Shown: positions 1-9,994, numbered from the stretch's first letter. The stretch is 64,000 bases of DNA from a bacterium (GCA_028820935.1 JAPPHZ010000035.1:50747-114746), one strand, 5' to 3'. Program-made: numbers and translations. Notes: generated by a model from the letters alone, not told the origin.

Positions 1-512
1 GCGGTCGCCACCACCACCCCGTCGGCCGGGTAGTTGATGAAGGGCTCCCCGTCTATCGAGATGGCGAGGCGGACTGTCCGCTGGTTCTCCACCTTCTCCA
101 CCACCACGTCGTTGAGGCCGATCGTGGGAGGGGCGCCGTTGATGGAGGCGGCCAGCAACATCCGCTCCGACGTGAGCCACTCGCCGGCCGCCATCCGGTC
201 CAGGAAAGCCGGAAGATCGTCGGGTAGGGCTTCCGCCAGGTAACCCAGGCGGCCGTCGTTGATCCCGCAGACCGGTGCCCCGCTGCCCCTCCCCAGCCGT
301 ACCGCCTTCAGAACCGTTCCGTCGCCTCCGATGGCCACCACGAGGTCGAGGCCGTCCCTCTCGCCGAAGGTGGTCGAGGCCACGCCGATGAGGTCGGCGG
401 CGTCCGGCGCCGCCACCACCTCGACTCCCCGGTCCCCGAGGGCGGCCACGAGGGCCCTCGTCCAGGCCACCGTGTGGCCCTGGCGGATGTGAGGGACCAG
501 CGCGATCCTCAT
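1..512 (-). CDS. nadK: NAD(+) kinase, C-terminus runs off the window (start at 512, ATGA overlap with tlyA stop)
   Basis: Reverse-strand translation gives MRIALVPH...GGDGTVL...ING (the GGDGT ATP-NAD kinase motif). It sits in the conserved tlyA-nadK arrangement. Confidence 0.8.
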   Translation of the reverse strand, partial: MRIALVPHIRQGHTVAWTRALVAALGDRGVEVVAAPDAADLIGVASTTFGERDGLDLVVAIGGDGTVLKAVRLGRGSGAPVCGINDGRLGYLAEALPDDLPAFLDRMAAGEWLTSERMLLAASINGAPPTIGLNDVVVEKVENQRTVRLAISIDGEPFINYPADGVVVAT

Positions 513-1282
513 CGGAGACCCTCCACGGCCCTTTCCAGGTCGATGACCATGGGACCCTGTCGGAACCATCCCAGGACCTCTCGGTTCCCGTTGGCCCCCT
601 CGAGGGGCGAACGGAGGAGGCCGAGCGCCCCCAGGCCGCGTGCCGACAGTCCGGTGACCGTGGTGGCGACAGTCCGGCTCCACAGCGCCGGGTCGCGCAG
701 CACGCCCCGCCGGTCGACCGAGCCGGGTCCGGCCTCGAACTGGGGCTTCACCAGCAGGACGTAGTGGCTGGCGGCGTTCCCGAGACCAACCAGGGCCGGG
801 GCGATCGTCAGCAGAGAGATGAAGGAGACGTCGGCGACCACCACGCCGAAGGGCGCCCCGAGGTGGTCGGCATCGGCGTGCCGGATGTTGGTCCGTTCCA
901 CGACCGTGACCCTCGGGTCGCTGCGGAGGTACTCGTGCATCTGCCCGTATCCCACATCGACGGCGACCACCCGAGCTGCGCCGTATTCCAGGAGGCAGTG
1001 GGTGAAGCCCCCCGTGGAGGCACCCACGTCGACGGCGTCGAGTCCCGCGACGTCGATACCGAACTCCTCCAAGGCGGCCTCAAGCTTGAGCCCGCCCCGG
1101 CTGACATAGCGTGGGGGGGACGCGGCCCAACGCAGCGGGGTGCCCTTACTCACCAGCGTGGCCGGCTTCGGCAGCGGTATGCCGGCCACGATCACCTTCC
1201 CCTCACGGATCGCCCGGGCGGCGGCGCTCCGCGAACCGACCAGCCGGCGCCGGACCATCTCCACGTCCAGTCGCCGCATCAT
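509..1282 (-). CDS. tlyA: TlyA family rRNA 2'-O-methyltransferase / hemolysin A
   Basis: 257 aa. Has an S4-like N-terminus, an FtsJ-like methyltransferase core (VDVGASTGGFT) and a C-terminus typical of TlyA. Confidence 0.9.
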   Translation of the reverse strand: MMRRLDVEMVRRRLVGSRSAAARAIREGKVIVAGIPLPKPATLVSKGTPLRWAASPPRYVSRGGLKLEAALEEFGIDVAGLDAVDVGASTGGFTHCLLEYGAARVVAVDVGYGQMHEYLRSDPRVTVVERTNIRHADADHLGAPFGVVVADVSFISLLTIAPALVGLGNAASHYVLLVKPQFEAGPGSVDRRGVLRDPALWSRTVATTVTGLSARGLGALGLLRSPLEGANGNREVLGWFRQGPMVIDLERAVEGLR

Positions 1283-1533
1283 TCCCCGAGATGGTGGGAC
1301 TCGTGGCCCGAGTCGGCCAGCAGCTCGTCGAGCACCCGGCGAGCCTGCGGGGCGTCAGCGCCCGCCAATCGGGCCTCGAGCAGCTCCGCGAGCGCGGCCG
1401 CCGGACCCGCCACCCGGCCGGCGTCCAACCCCTCGACGGCGCGCACGTAGGACTCGATGGTGGTGTCCGTGGGTGGTTGGTCCTCCGGCTCCGGATGCGT
1501 GGGTCGCTCGCGGGCTTGGCTCATGCTCCTCAT
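1279..1533 (-). CDS. small hypothetical protein upstream of tlyA
   Basis: 84 aa ORF whose stop overlaps the tlyA start by 4 nt. A small conserved hypothetical occupies this position in mycobacterial tlyA loci. No recognisable motif. Confidence 0.4.
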   Translation of the reverse strand: MRSMSQARERPTHPEPEDQPPTDTTIESYVRAVEGLDAGRVAGPAAALAELLEARLAGADAPQARRVLDELLADSGHESHHLGE

Positions 1534-1656
1534 TATTGCGCGTCAGGCCGGGATTGCTACCCCACGCCGGCCGGGACCCTTCCGTGCGTTCGGAGCCGCA
1601 CCCTCCTAGGGTGGTCCGTGCATGGAGGCAGGCACACCCAACCGGAAGCGGGCCGG

Positions 1657-2394
1657 ATGATTCCGATCCGTGACCTGAACCCGGGTCTCAGGCGACCAGT
1701 CGTGTCGCTGCTGCTGATCGCATCGGTGGTGGCGGTCTACTTCCTGGTCCAGCCGGCGGATCCGGTCGATGAGTACGAGTTCCTGGTCCGCCGGGCGGCC
1801 ATCGGGTGCGAGATCAGCACCAACGAGGCGGTCTCCCTGGACGAGATCCGGTCCGAACGGTGCGTCGCCGGAGACGGCCGCTCGGTGTTCCCGGAGAAGT
1901 CGGTGCCGCTCAGCGTGGTGGTCTCCATCTTCCTGCACGGCGGCCTCGCCCACCTGATCGGCAACGTATGGAGCCTCTGGCTGTTCGGCAACAACGTGGA
2001 GGACGCCTACGGCCGGGGCGGCTACCTGCTGCTCTACCTGCTGTCGGGCGTGATGGCCACCTTCGGCTTCGTGGCGCTGAATCCGGATTCCACGGCCCCG
2101 CTGGTGGGCGCCTCGGGCGCCATTGCCGGGGTGATGGGGGCATACTTCGTCCTGTACCCCGGAGCGCGGGTGCTGAGCATCATCGTGCCGGTTCCCCTCC
2201 CCTTCCGCATGCCGGCCGCCCTGTTCCTGCTGCTCTGGCTGGCTGCCCAGTTCCTCCTGGCAGGCGGCACATCGGCAATCGCCTGGGAGGCCCACGTGGC
2301 GGGATTCGTCTTCGGGATGTTCGTGACGTTGATGTTGCGGCGGGGGCTGACCGCGCGCCTGGCCGAGAGAAGGGGTCCGACCCTCTACGCCTGA
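1657..2394 (+). CDS. rhomboid family intramembrane serine protease
   Basis: Contains GASGAIAGVMGAYF (catalytic Ser in GxSG) and LHGGLAHLIGN (catalytic His region), with multiple TM helices. The ATG at 1657 has a GGAAG RBS 9 nt upstream. The longer 1111.. ORF overlaps minus-strand genes and was not used. Confidence 0.85.
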   Translation: MIPIRDLNPGLRRPVVSLLLIASVVAVYFLVQPADPVDEYEFLVRRAAIGCEISTNEAVSLDEIRSERCVAGDGRSVFPEKSVPLSVVVSIFLHGGLAHLIGNVWSLWLFGNNVEDAYGRGGYLLLYLLSGVMATFGFVALNPDSTAPLVGASGAIAGVMGAYFVLYPGARVLSIIVPVPLPFRMPAALFLLLWLAAQFLLAGGTSAIAWEAHVAGFVFGMFVTLMLRRGLTARLAERRGPTLYA

Positions 2395-2456
2395 GTCCTT
2401 CTTCGACCCCGATCACTCGTGGCTGAGGTGTGTGACCGGGACACGGACAATCAGGG

Positions 2457-2867
2457 TCAGAGACCCAGCCGGTCGAGTAGGTCGTACATCGTCGGGGTGA
2501 GTGGCCACGACCTCAGTTCCGCCAGCGGCACGAAGACGACATCGGCGGCGTCGTCCCCGGCGCGGACTTCCCCGCCGGTCACCTTGCCGGTGAAGTCCAC
2601 CAGCACGAAATGGTGCTCGGGGGGCACGGAGTCTCCCAGCGACTCCCCGGCCCAGACCACCTCGCCCAACGCCACCTCGAGACCGGTTTCCTCCCGAACC
2701 TCCCTGACCGCGGCGTCGGTGAGGCGTTCGCCGTAGCGGACCTTGCCCCCCGGTATGGCCCACGAGCCAGCCAGGATGCCCCTGCCGCGCTGGACCAGCA
2801 ACATCCGGCCCTGGTCGACCACCACCACGCCCACACCGACCTGCGGTGATCGGCGGATACTCATCAT
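2457..2867 (-). CDS. NUDIX hydrolase
   Basis: Nudix box GGKVRYGERLTDAAVREVREETGLE (GX5EX7REUXEEXGU). Confidence 0.85.
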   Translation of the reverse strand: MMSIRRSPQVGVGVVVVDQGRMLLVQRGRGILAGSWAIPGGKVRYGERLTDAAVREVREETGLEVALGEVVWAGESLGDSVPPEHHFVLVDFTGKVTGGEVRAGDDAADVVFVPLAELRSWPLTPTMYDLLDRLGL

Positions 2868-3397
2868 TCGGCCGGCGGCCGGTAGTGGGCGCGGATGCGG
2901 CGCCCACCGTCGCCCAGATCGCTGTGATGCATGATGATCGACCGGGCTGCGAAGCCCCCTGCCTCGAAGAAGTTCTTGGCTAGGCGGTGCCCGGGTAGGA
3001 CATGGGAGTCGAAGAGTTGGTGGCCGGTGCTGCGGAACGCTTCCATGAGCGCGTCACGCATCACCTCCCCCACTCCGACGCCTCGGGCCTCCTGCTCCAC
3101 GAAGACCATGCGTATGGCGGCCACCCGCACCCCCGCCTCGTGCGCGAGCAGCGTCCGCGACCCGCCCAGGATGAAGCCGAGCGGGTATCCGTCTATCTCG
3201 CCGAGGTAGATAAGGGTGCCGCTGTCGCCGAGGCAGGCCAGAAACGACTCGTCGACAGGCTCGTCCAAGCCGTCGGCTCGAGGCCACATGGGGTGGATAG
3301 CGGTCATCTCCGCCTCCAGCTTGCGATAGAGGTCGACCAGGAAGACCACGTCCGGGGTATCGGCGGGCCGGGCGGTGACCGAGATGTCCATTGCCAC
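2864..3397 (-). CDS. GNAT family N-acetyltransferase
   Basis: 177 aa with acetyl-CoA-binding-like motifs (VFVEQEARGVGVG). 4-nt overlap with the NUDIX gene. Confidence 0.75.
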   Translation of the reverse strand: MAMDISVTARPADTPDVVFLVDLYRKLEAEMTAIHPMWPRADGLDEPVDESFLACLGDSGTLIYLGEIDGYPLGFILGGSRTLLAHEAGVRVAAIRMVFVEQEARGVGVGEVMRDALMEAFRSTGHQLFDSHVLPGHRLAKNFFEAGGFAARSIIMHHSDLGDGGRRIRAHYRPPAE

Positions 3398-3443
3398 AGA
3401 CGGTAGCGAGGGGGGTACGGGGGCCGTCGCGAGGCGTGCGCTG

Positions 3444-3791
3444 TCAGGCGCAGTCGCGACAGAGGGCGTCGGCAGCGAGTTGCACCTTCTTGAGGCGTAG
3501 GAAGCACGACCGGCAGACGAACTCGTCGCCCCGCATCTGCTCCGCCTCGATGTCGAGGTTCATCTCGGAGCGGCGGATCTCCCGAATCTCGCTGGTCTCG
3601 TCGACCAGCATGGTGGCCGACTCGGTGGCTTCGACGGTCTCCAGCTCCTCGGCCTCGAGGGCGTCGAGTTCGACGGGGCCGTTGCCGTTCTCGTCATCGT
3701 TGTCACCGTCGCCGGCTCGGCCGCCGCCGTTCTCGCTGTCCAGGTCGTTGCCGCCGTCCCGGTCGAACGGGTCTCGGATGGTGTCGTCCAA
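3444..3791 (-). CDS. DUF4193 family protein (acidic N-terminus, C-terminal CxxC...CxxC zinc ribbon)
   Basis: 115 aa. Acidic/Gly-rich N-terminus, then the conserved ...DEFVCRSCFLRLKKVQLA...CRDCA C-terminus typical of actinobacterial DUF4193 proteins. Confidence 0.7.
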   Translation of the reverse strand: MDDTIRDPFDRDGGNDLDSENGGGRAGDGDNDDENGNGPVELDALEAEELETVEATESATMLVDETSEIREIRRSEMNLDIEAEQMRGDEFVCRSCFLRLKKVQLAADALCRDCA

Positions 3792-3863
3792 TCCTCTATT
3801 CCCCCAAGTCTGATCGCGGCGAGAGTATACGCATCCCGACCCGGTCTGCGAACGGCCGATGTC

Positions 3864-4748
3864 TCAGATCATCAATCGGAGGCTTCCGGCCCGGAGCCGG
3901 ACCAGGAGAGGGGTCCGGCCGATGGGTTCCCCGTCCACCTCCACCGGCCACGGTGGGTTGGCCTCGATCCGGGCCTCAGGGGCGACGAAGCGGCGGACAC
4001 CCGGGTCGGCGAGGTGATCGCCGCCTCTGGCCTTCCGCATCAGGGCAGCCACCTCCCTCCTCCGGCTGCTGATGACCTGTATGTCGAGCAACCCGTCGAC
4101 CATGGATGCCCGGGGGGCGATGTTGAAGCCACCCCCGAAGAACTGGGCGTTGGCCGCCACGACGGTGAGGGCCGGGCCGGAGAACTCCCTCCTACCGGCC
4201 TCGACGCGGGCGTCGAGCCTGCGCCAGGACGGCAGGGATGCGGCGACAGCCGCCACGTAGCGAAACGACCCCAGCCGGGCGGGTATGCGCTGGGCGGTCC
4301 TGGCGGCCGCGGCCGTGGCGCCGGCGCTGGCCACGTTGAGGAAATACCTGCGTCCCCACTCCCCCATGGCAAGGCCGACGTCCACCGGATAGGGCGTCCC
4401 TTCGATCAGGCGGGCGGCCGCCCGGTCGAGGTCGGGGCCGATCCCGAAGGTCCGGAGCAGGTCGCAGCCCGTACCCGCCGGGAGGATGCCAAGGAGCGGC
4501 GCCGCACTCCATCCGTGGGCCATGATCTCGTTGAGCACCGCGTTGACCGTCCCGTCTCCCCCCACCGCCACCAAGCGCCGCCGATCAGCGCTCGCGGCTT
4601 CTTTGACGGCGTCTCCCAGCGCGCCCAGCCCGTCCACCTCCAGAACATCCGCGGGTACCGAATGGGACCGGAGAGCGGCCACCGCGTCAGCCTTGGCCGA
4701 CCGGCCCCGGCCGGCGTGCGGGTTGACCAGCACCAGCCAGGGGGTCAT
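3864..4748 (-). CDS. diacylglycerol/lipid kinase family protein (DAGK_cat)
   Basis: LVLVNPHAGRGR...VAVGGDGTVNAV... is the DAGK catalytic-domain signature. Confidence 0.85.
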   Translation of the reverse strand: MTPWLVLVNPHAGRGRSAKADAVAALRSHSVPADVLEVDGLGALGDAVKEAASADRRRLVAVGGDGTVNAVLNEIMAHGWSAAPLLGILPAGTGCDLLRTFGIGPDLDRAAARLIEGTPYPVDVGLAMGEWGRRYFLNVASAGATAAAARTAQRIPARLGSFRYVAAVAASLPSWRRLDARVEAGRREFSGPALTVVAANAQFFGGGFNIAPRASMVDGLLDIQVISSRRREVAALMRKARGGDHLADPGVRRFVAPEARIEANPPWPVEVDGEPIGRTPLLVRLRAGSLRLMI

Positions 4749-6784
4749 ACGACGCCTCCGGCGGTGACGATTCCCCGATCGATGCCCGAGCGGGCCCGGT
4801 TGGCAGCCCGTTCGAGCTCACCCATCCCCAGGACCCGCGCCGCGTCACCGACCTGGCGCAGGAGGTCCAGAACGGACCGGGTGGTACGGACGAAGTCCCC
4901 TGCGGCAAGAGAGCCCTCGTCGAGGAGCTCCTCCAGGTCGATCCGGAGCGCCCAGGCGTATGCGAGCCACGCGAACCCGGGATGGGGGAAGCGGGTCACG
5001 GGCAGGCGATGGCGTTCCTCGGTGGCGGCGAGGTCCTCCGCCAGCTCCACCAGGCGGCTCCAGGCATCCTCGAGGGGCTCGGTGGGCCATCCCTCCGGCT
5101 CGTCGGCGTCCCGTCGGGGCTCGTAGGCGAAGGCAGACAGCAGGGCCGCCAGCTCCGGCGCGCGCAGCCCGGCGAGAATCCCGGCGCGTATCGCTTCCAC
5201 GAGGAGGAGGCCCAGGTCGCTGTATACGACCCGGAGCGCCTGTCCCCCCGGCTCGAGCCTCCAATCCCGGATGTGCCCGCGCTGTTCCAGGAGGCGCCGA
5301 GCCCGGTCGAACCTCTGCAGGAGGGTGCTCCGGCGAGGGCGCGACCTGCGGCCGCTCCCCTTGCCACGGGTCCGGTTGGTAAGCCGCCGGTCCTGGAACT
5401 CGGCGAACGACGCGGCGAGGAGCCGCTCGGCCTGGCGGCGTGAGTAATTCGCCACCAGGTTCACCAGCATGTTGTAGGTGGGGCGGAAGCTGGACCGCAG
5501 GGGATGGCTGCCGAGCCGGGCGATCGATGCCATGCGCTCGAACGGCACGAAGTGCGAATGAAGCACGACCCCGTGGCCCACCGTATCGATACCGCGGCGT
5601 CCGGCCCGGCCTGTCAGCTGGGTGAACTCTCCGGGGAGCAGCAGCTCGTGGCTCTCGCCGGTGAACCTCGACAGGCGGTCGAGCACGACGGTCCGAGCGG
5701 GCATGTTGATGCCCAGCGCCAGGGTCTCGGTGGCGAACACCACCTTGATCAGCCCATCGCAGAAGAGCTGCTCGACCACCTCCTTGAAGGCCGGCACGAG
5801 GCCGGCATGGTGGGCCGCCACTCCCCGCTCGAGCCTGGCCAGCCACCGGTCGTGTCCCAGCGTCCGCAGGTCGGACGAGTCGAGATGGGCGGTTCCCTTC
5901 TCGGCGCGGCGCCGGATCTCGTCCCGTTCGGCGTCGTCAGTGAGCCGGATCCCGGCGGCGACCACCCGGTCGGCGGCTTCGTCGCACCCCGCGCGCGAGA
6001 ACAGGAAGTAGATGGCCGGGAGCAGGTCGAGAAAGGCGAGATGCTCCACCACCGAGGTCCTCCGCGGGGTGGAGAAGCGGCGTCGGCGACCACCCCGCCG
6101 AGCCAGGAGGCGGGGAATGGCGGCGTTGGGCCTCATCCCGCCGGACGCCTCCACGTAGAGCGGTAGGAGATGGACCTCCCGGTCGAAACGGTCCCAGACC
6201 GACCACCACCGTTCGAGCCGTACCGGCCGGTGCTCCTCGACGACCAGCTCGGTGGGACCCCGCCGTGTGCGTAACCAGTCGGTGAACTCGCCCGCGTTGG
6301 AGACGGTCGCCGACAGGCACACCAGCCGGATATGGGATGGAGCGTGGATGATCACCTCCTCCCAGACCGCGCCGCGGAACCGGTCCTGCAGGTAGTGGAC
6401 CTCGTCGAGGACCACCGTGTCGACCATGGACAGGTCCGATCCGGAGTAGATCATGTTGCGCAGTACCTCTGTGGTCATCACCACGACGGGAGCGTCGTGG
6501 TTGATGGTGTTGTCGCCGGTCAGCAACCCGACCCGGTCGCTTCCATGAACGGCGCCGAAGTCCCGGAACTTCTGGTTGGACAGCGCCTTGAGGGGCGTCG
6601 TGTAGAACACGCGGCGCCGGTTGGCCAGGCTCAGGTGGATGGCCGCCTCGGCGATCAGGGTCTTACCGGCGCCGGTGGGAGCCGTCACCACCACCGACCG
6701 GCCCATCTCCACCATCTCGGCGGCCAGCACCTGGTAGGGGTCGGCCGTGAACGGGAGCGACTCGAAGAAGGTGTGAACCCTCAT
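4745..6784 (-). CDS. helY: DEAD/DEAH-box (Ski2-like) RNA helicase HelY
   Basis: Starts MRVHTFFESLPFTADPYQVLAAEMVEMGRSVVVTAPTGAGKT (motif I) and carries DEVH. The C-terminal region resembles the HelY/Ski2 DSHCT domain. The start was chosen at the ATGA overlap with the tatC stop. The 928-aa in-frame upstream extension overlaps tatC and was rejected. Confidence 0.85.
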   Translation of the reverse strand: MRVHTFFESLPFTADPYQVLAAEMVEMGRSVVVTAPTGAGKTLIAEAAIHLSLANRRRVFYTTPLKALSNQKFRDFGAVHGSDRVGLLTGDNTINHDAPVVVMTTEVLRNMIYSGSDLSMVDTVVLDEVHYLQDRFRGAVWEEVIIHAPSHIRLVCLSATVSNAGEFTDWLRTRRGPTELVVEEHRPVRLERWWSVWDRFDREVHLLPLYVEASGGMRPNAAIPRLLARRGGRRRRFSTPRRTSVVEHLAFLDLLPAIYFLFSRAGCDEAADRVVAAGIRLTDDAERDEIRRRAEKGTAHLDSSDLRTLGHDRWLARLERGVAAHHAGLVPAFKEVVEQLFCDGLIKVVFATETLALGINMPARTVVLDRLSRFTGESHELLLPGEFTQLTGRAGRRGIDTVGHGVVLHSHFVPFERMASIARLGSHPLRSSFRPTYNMLVNLVANYSRRQAERLLAASFAEFQDRRLTNRTRGKGSGRRSRPRRSTLLQRFDRARRLLEQRGHIRDWRLEPGGQALRVVYSDLGLLLVEAIRAGILAGLRAPELAALLSAFAYEPRRDADEPEGWPTEPLEDAWSRLVELAEDLAATEERHRLPVTRFPHPGFAWLAYAWALRIDLEELLDEGSLAAGDFVRTTRSVLDLLRQVGDAARVLGMGELERAANRARSGIDRGIVTAGGVV

Positions 6785-7500
6785 TTCTTGAGGGTCAGGC
6801 GGATCAGCCAGATGGTGGCCTCGTAGAACAGGTAGAGCGGGGTCGAGAGCAGCAGGAGCGTCACCGGATCGCCGGTGGGGCTCACCGCGGCCCCTACCAC
6901 GACGATGATGAGTACCGCCCAGCGCCGACCGGCGGCCAACTTGTCGGAACTCACCACGCCGGCCGCAGCCGCGCCGTACAGGAACACGGGGAACTGGAAC
7001 GAGATGCCGAACAGCAGCAGGAAGCGGATCACGAAACGGGTGTAGAGCTCGACCGTCCAGAGATTCTCCAGGTCCTCGAAGATCGACACGAGGAACGCGA
7101 CCGCCCGGGGAAGGCTCCAGTAGGCAAACCCGACGCCGAGGCAGAACAGAGTGACCAGCGCCGCCACCACCGGGAAGGCCCACTTGCGTTCCCTCTGGGT
7201 GAGGCCGGGGTTGATGAAGCACCACGCCTGGTAGGCGATCACGGGGCTGGCCAGGACCGTCCCACCGAAGAGCGCCATCCGCATGGCGATCGAGAACTGG
7301 TCGGTGGGACCGGTCACCACCAGATCCCGCCCTGCCACCTCGCTGTAGGAGTTCTGCAGGAGGTAGAGCATCTGGTTGCGGAAGAAGAAGGCGACCACGG
7401 TGCAGGCGCCGACTGCTATGAAGGTCTTGACCAGACGTGACCGGAGCTCCGTGAGGTGCCCCATCAGCGGCTGGCCGGAGGAATCGGCTCCTTCCGTCAT
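6781..7500 (-). CDS. tatC: twin-arginine translocase subunit TatC
   Basis: 239 aa with 6 TM helices and the typical TatC N-terminus (LTELRSRL). Confidence 0.9.
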   Translation of the reverse strand: MTEGADSSGQPLMGHLTELRSRLVKTFIAVGACTVVAFFFRNQMLYLLQNSYSEVAGRDLVVTGPTDQFSIAMRMALFGGTVLASPVIAYQAWCFINPGLTQRERKWAFPVVAALVTLFCLGVGFAYWSLPRAVAFLVSIFEDLENLWTVELYTRFVIRFLLLFGISFQFPVFLYGAAAAGVVSSDKLAAGRRWAVLIIVVVGAAVSPTGDPVTLLLLSTPLYLFYEATIWLIRLTLKK

Positions 7501-8084
7501 TCGCCCCTGTCCGTTTGCTCGTCGGCTTCACGTCCGGCAGCGGCTTCCCCCAGATCGCCGTCCTCGCCTACAGGCGGGTCGGCGGCCTCCTCGTCCGGGC
7601 CCTCCTCCTGAGTGGGGCTCGGTGCGTCGAGCGGTACCACGTTCCCGGGCATCGGGTCGTCCAGGCCCTTCCACGCTTCGCCGGGCGACACGCCCACCGG
7701 GGGTTCGGGGGCCACCCATCGCGCCTCGGGCGCTTCCGGCGTCTCCGGGACGGGGGTGGCGGCATCAGGCGCGGCCCGGCCGGTTTCCTCGAGGGACTGC
7801 CTGATGTCGCGGTCCACGGCGCCGGCGGCATCGGCGGTCTCGGCCAGCGTCCGCTTCACGTCGCTCACCGGCTCGGCCAGGTCCTCGCGGAGTTCCTTGA
7901 TCGGCTCGCGCAGCGGAGCCACCTCCTTCTCGATCCCCTCGCGAAGGTCTCGGACGGCGTCGCGGAGCTCCCGGACGTACTTGCCCATGGTGCGGGCGAT
8001 CTCGGGCAGGCGGTGCGGACCGAAGACCACCAGGGCTATCACGGCGATGGTGAGTATCTCGAGACCGCTGAACGTGTCGAACAC
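7497..8084 (-). CDS. tatA: twin-arginine translocase subunit TatA/TatB
   Basis: N-terminal TM plus amphipathic helix MFDTFSGLEILTIAVIALVVFGPHRLPEIARTMGKYVREL (the TatA/B signature), followed by a long acidic tail. Confidence 0.8.
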   Translation of the reverse strand: MFDTFSGLEILTIAVIALVVFGPHRLPEIARTMGKYVRELRDAVRDLREGIEKEVAPLREPIKELREDLAEPVSDVKRTLAETADAAGAVDRDIRQSLEETGRAAPDAATPVPETPEAPEARWVAPEPPVGVSPGEAWKGLDDPMPGNVVPLDAPSPTQEEGPDEEAADPPVGEDGDLGEAAAGREADEQTDRGE

Positions 8085-8126
8085 GGTGCCATGCTACCGG
8101 CGCACGCCTACCCGCCCCACGGCGGT

Positions 8127-9074
8127 TCAGGCTCGGGCGGCGTCGTATCGAGCCAGGATTGCTTCGCGCAGGCGCTCGGTCTCCTCCCGGACTTCCGGTC
8201 CCTCGATCAGGCGCGCCTGGTCGCCCAGCCGCAGCAGCAGCCGGGCGCACACCCGCGCATCGGACATGGCAAAGCGGATCACCAGCTCCTCGCCGTTGTC
8301 CTCCAGTATCTCCACCGGGTAGTACTCCGCCACCCACCTGGCGCCGGAACGCAGCGCCAGCCGGGCATAGATCGCGTCAGCGGACGGCGTGTAGTCGACA
8401 TTCGTGGGAGCAGGCGGGCGGGCGGGGGGTTCGAACACCTCCCCCGACGCCTCCACCGACCGGATCCGGTCCACGCGGAACAGGCGCCGGTCACCGGCCA
8501 GACGGCAGTACGCCAGGAGGTACCAGCTTCCCATCGACGCGTGGACCATCAGCGGCTCGATGGCCCGGACGGTGGTCCGGTTGGTGCTCAGGGACAGGTA
8601 GGTGATGGTCAGCACAGTTCCGTCACGGGCCGACCGGCGCAAGGTGTCGAGGTGTCCGGGCTCGGGAGGCAACTCGGCCGCGATGACCGTGGCGGCCTCC
8701 GGGAAGAGGGCGCCGGTCAGCTTCTCGACCGCTCTCGCCAGCGCCTCGTTCCCCTGGGAGGTGCCGGCCACCGCCAGGCCGGCGCTGAGCAGTCCCAAGG
8801 CTTCGTGGGGCGTGAGCCGGAGCGGCCGGGAGAAGTAGTCGGCCATGTCCAGAACCACCTCGTCACCGTCCATGTACGCCACCATCAGGTCACCGGGGCC
8901 GTATCCGGGCAGCCCGCAGCAGAAGAGCAGGTTGAGATCGTCGGCGAGTTGGCGACGGCTCGCGTAGCCGAACCGCTCCATGACCTCGGTGACGGTCGGG
9001 TAGGGGTTGGCCAGCGCCCACGGGACCAGGGCCAGGATCCGGGCCAGCCTCTGCCGGGTCCGAGAGGCGGTCAC
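8127..9074 (-). CDS. pafC: proteasome accessory factor PafC (WYL-domain transcriptional regulator)
   Basis: HTH N-terminus (RLARILALVPWALANP) and a WYL domain (GSWYLLAYCRLAGDRRLFRVDRI). GTG start at 9074 in a GTGA overlap with the pafB stop. The 625-aa ORF that reaches 10004 is an in-frame upstream extension running through pafB in another frame. Confidence 0.8.
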   Translation of the reverse strand: MTASRTRQRLARILALVPWALANPYPTVTEVMERFGYASRRQLADDLNLLFCCGLPGYGPGDLMVAYMDGDEVVLDMADYFSRPLRLTPHEALGLLSAGLAVAGTSQGNEALARAVEKLTGALFPEAATVIAAELPPEPGHLDTLRRSARDGTVLTITYLSLSTNRTTVRAIEPLMVHASMGSWYLLAYCRLAGDRRLFRVDRIRSVEASGEVFEPPARPPAPTNVDYTPSADAIYARLALRSGARWVAEYYPVEILEDNGEELVIRFAMSDARVCARLLLRLGDQARLIEGPEVREETERLREAILARYDAARA

Positions 9075-9994
9075 CGGCCGGCCTCGAGCCGCCTGACCAT
9101 CTCGGCGCGAAGCTCCGGAGGGTCGAGGATCACCGCCCCGTCGTCGAGGTGTATGACCATGTCGATCAACGAGTCGTTCGCGTAGGGGACTTCCAGGATG
9201 GTGCCTCCCTCCTCGGTGTGCCCCACGGCCTCGGCGTCGGGGAACCGGTTCGCGACCCACCAGGCGATGTCGGCATCGCACTCGATCAGCGCGCGTTTCG
9301 GCGCCTGTTGCTCCCAGGGCAGCGACTCCAGGATGTCCCGGGCGCTGTAACCCTCGGGCCGCGGAAAAGCGTCCGGATCGCCCGCCAATTCCAACCGCTC
9401 CGCCCGATCGAGCCGGTAGGTCCTGATGGTGGGGTCCTGGTCCGGCTCGACGCCCGCGAAGTACCAATGGCCCCGCCGGTGGTGCATGCCATAGGCGCAC
9501 AGGGTGCGCGGGCGCCCGTGGTAGACGAACCGGATCGGGCGGCGCTCCAGCACCGCCTGGAAGATCAGCGCCAGGTGCTCGCTGCCCAGACCCAGGTCGG
9601 CGCCCACCGGTGTGTCCGTGTCGGCCAGCCGGGCCCCGCCCAGCTTGAGCAGGCCGTTGGCGCCCGACGGCCAGCCGCCGGAACGCACCATATGCACCGC
9701 GAGGGCCAGCGCGGTCCGTTCCTCGTCGGTGAGCCCCGGTTCGATGGTCCGGTAGTTGCTCTCGGGAACCACGTAGCCCCACTCGACCTCCCAGGCGTCG
9801 GTGGCTTCCTGCGCAAGCTCGATCCCCAGCTCGCGCAGGCTGGCCTTGTCCCGCTCGAACTTGCGATGGAAGGCCTGGTCGGACAGGTTGCCGTACCCGG
9901 CCACCGTGTTCCGGATCTGCTCGGCCGTGACGGGCCGCGGGGAATCGACCAGATAAGCCAGCAGGTTGATCAAGCGCTCGACGACGGTGCTCAT
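9071..9994 (-). CDS. pafB: proteasome accessory factor PafB (WYL-domain transcriptional regulator)
   Basis: HTH (RLINLLAYLVDSPRPVTAEQI) and a WYL-like core (RRGHWYFAGVEPDQDPTIRTYRLDR). It follows pafA, as in the conserved pafABC operon. Confidence 0.8.
   Translation of the reverse strand: MSTVVERLINLLAYLVDSPRPVTAEQIRNTVAGYGNLSDQAFHRKFERDKASLRELGIELAQEATDAWEVEWGYVVPESNYRTIEPGLTDEERTALALAVHMVRSGGWPSGANGLLKLGGARLADTDTPVGADLGLGSEHLALIFQAVLERRPIRFVYHGRPRTLCAYGMHHRRGHWYFAGVEPDQDPTIRTYRLDRAERLELAGDPDAFPRPEGYSARDILESLPWEQQAPKRALIECDADIAWWVANRFPDAEAVGHTEEGGTILEVPYANDSLIDMVIHLDDGAVILDPPELRAEMVRRLEAGR

Noticed and set aside
764-1450. Long plus-strand ORFs antisense to tlyA (also 4014-5126, 7515-9185, 13876-14856, 34778-37066, 38625-40061, 59973-61670 and many others)
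   Set aside because: Stop-codon-poor antisense frames in 70% GC DNA. Their proteins are Arg/Pro/Gly-rich, and they overlap strongly supported conserved genes on the other strand.
4745-7531. 928-aa ORF extending the helicase upstream through tatC
   Set aside because: The extension overlaps the well-supported tatC gene in another frame. The helicase N-terminus (MRVHTFFESLPF...motif I) begins exactly at an ATGA overlap with the tatC stop, matching known HelY starts.
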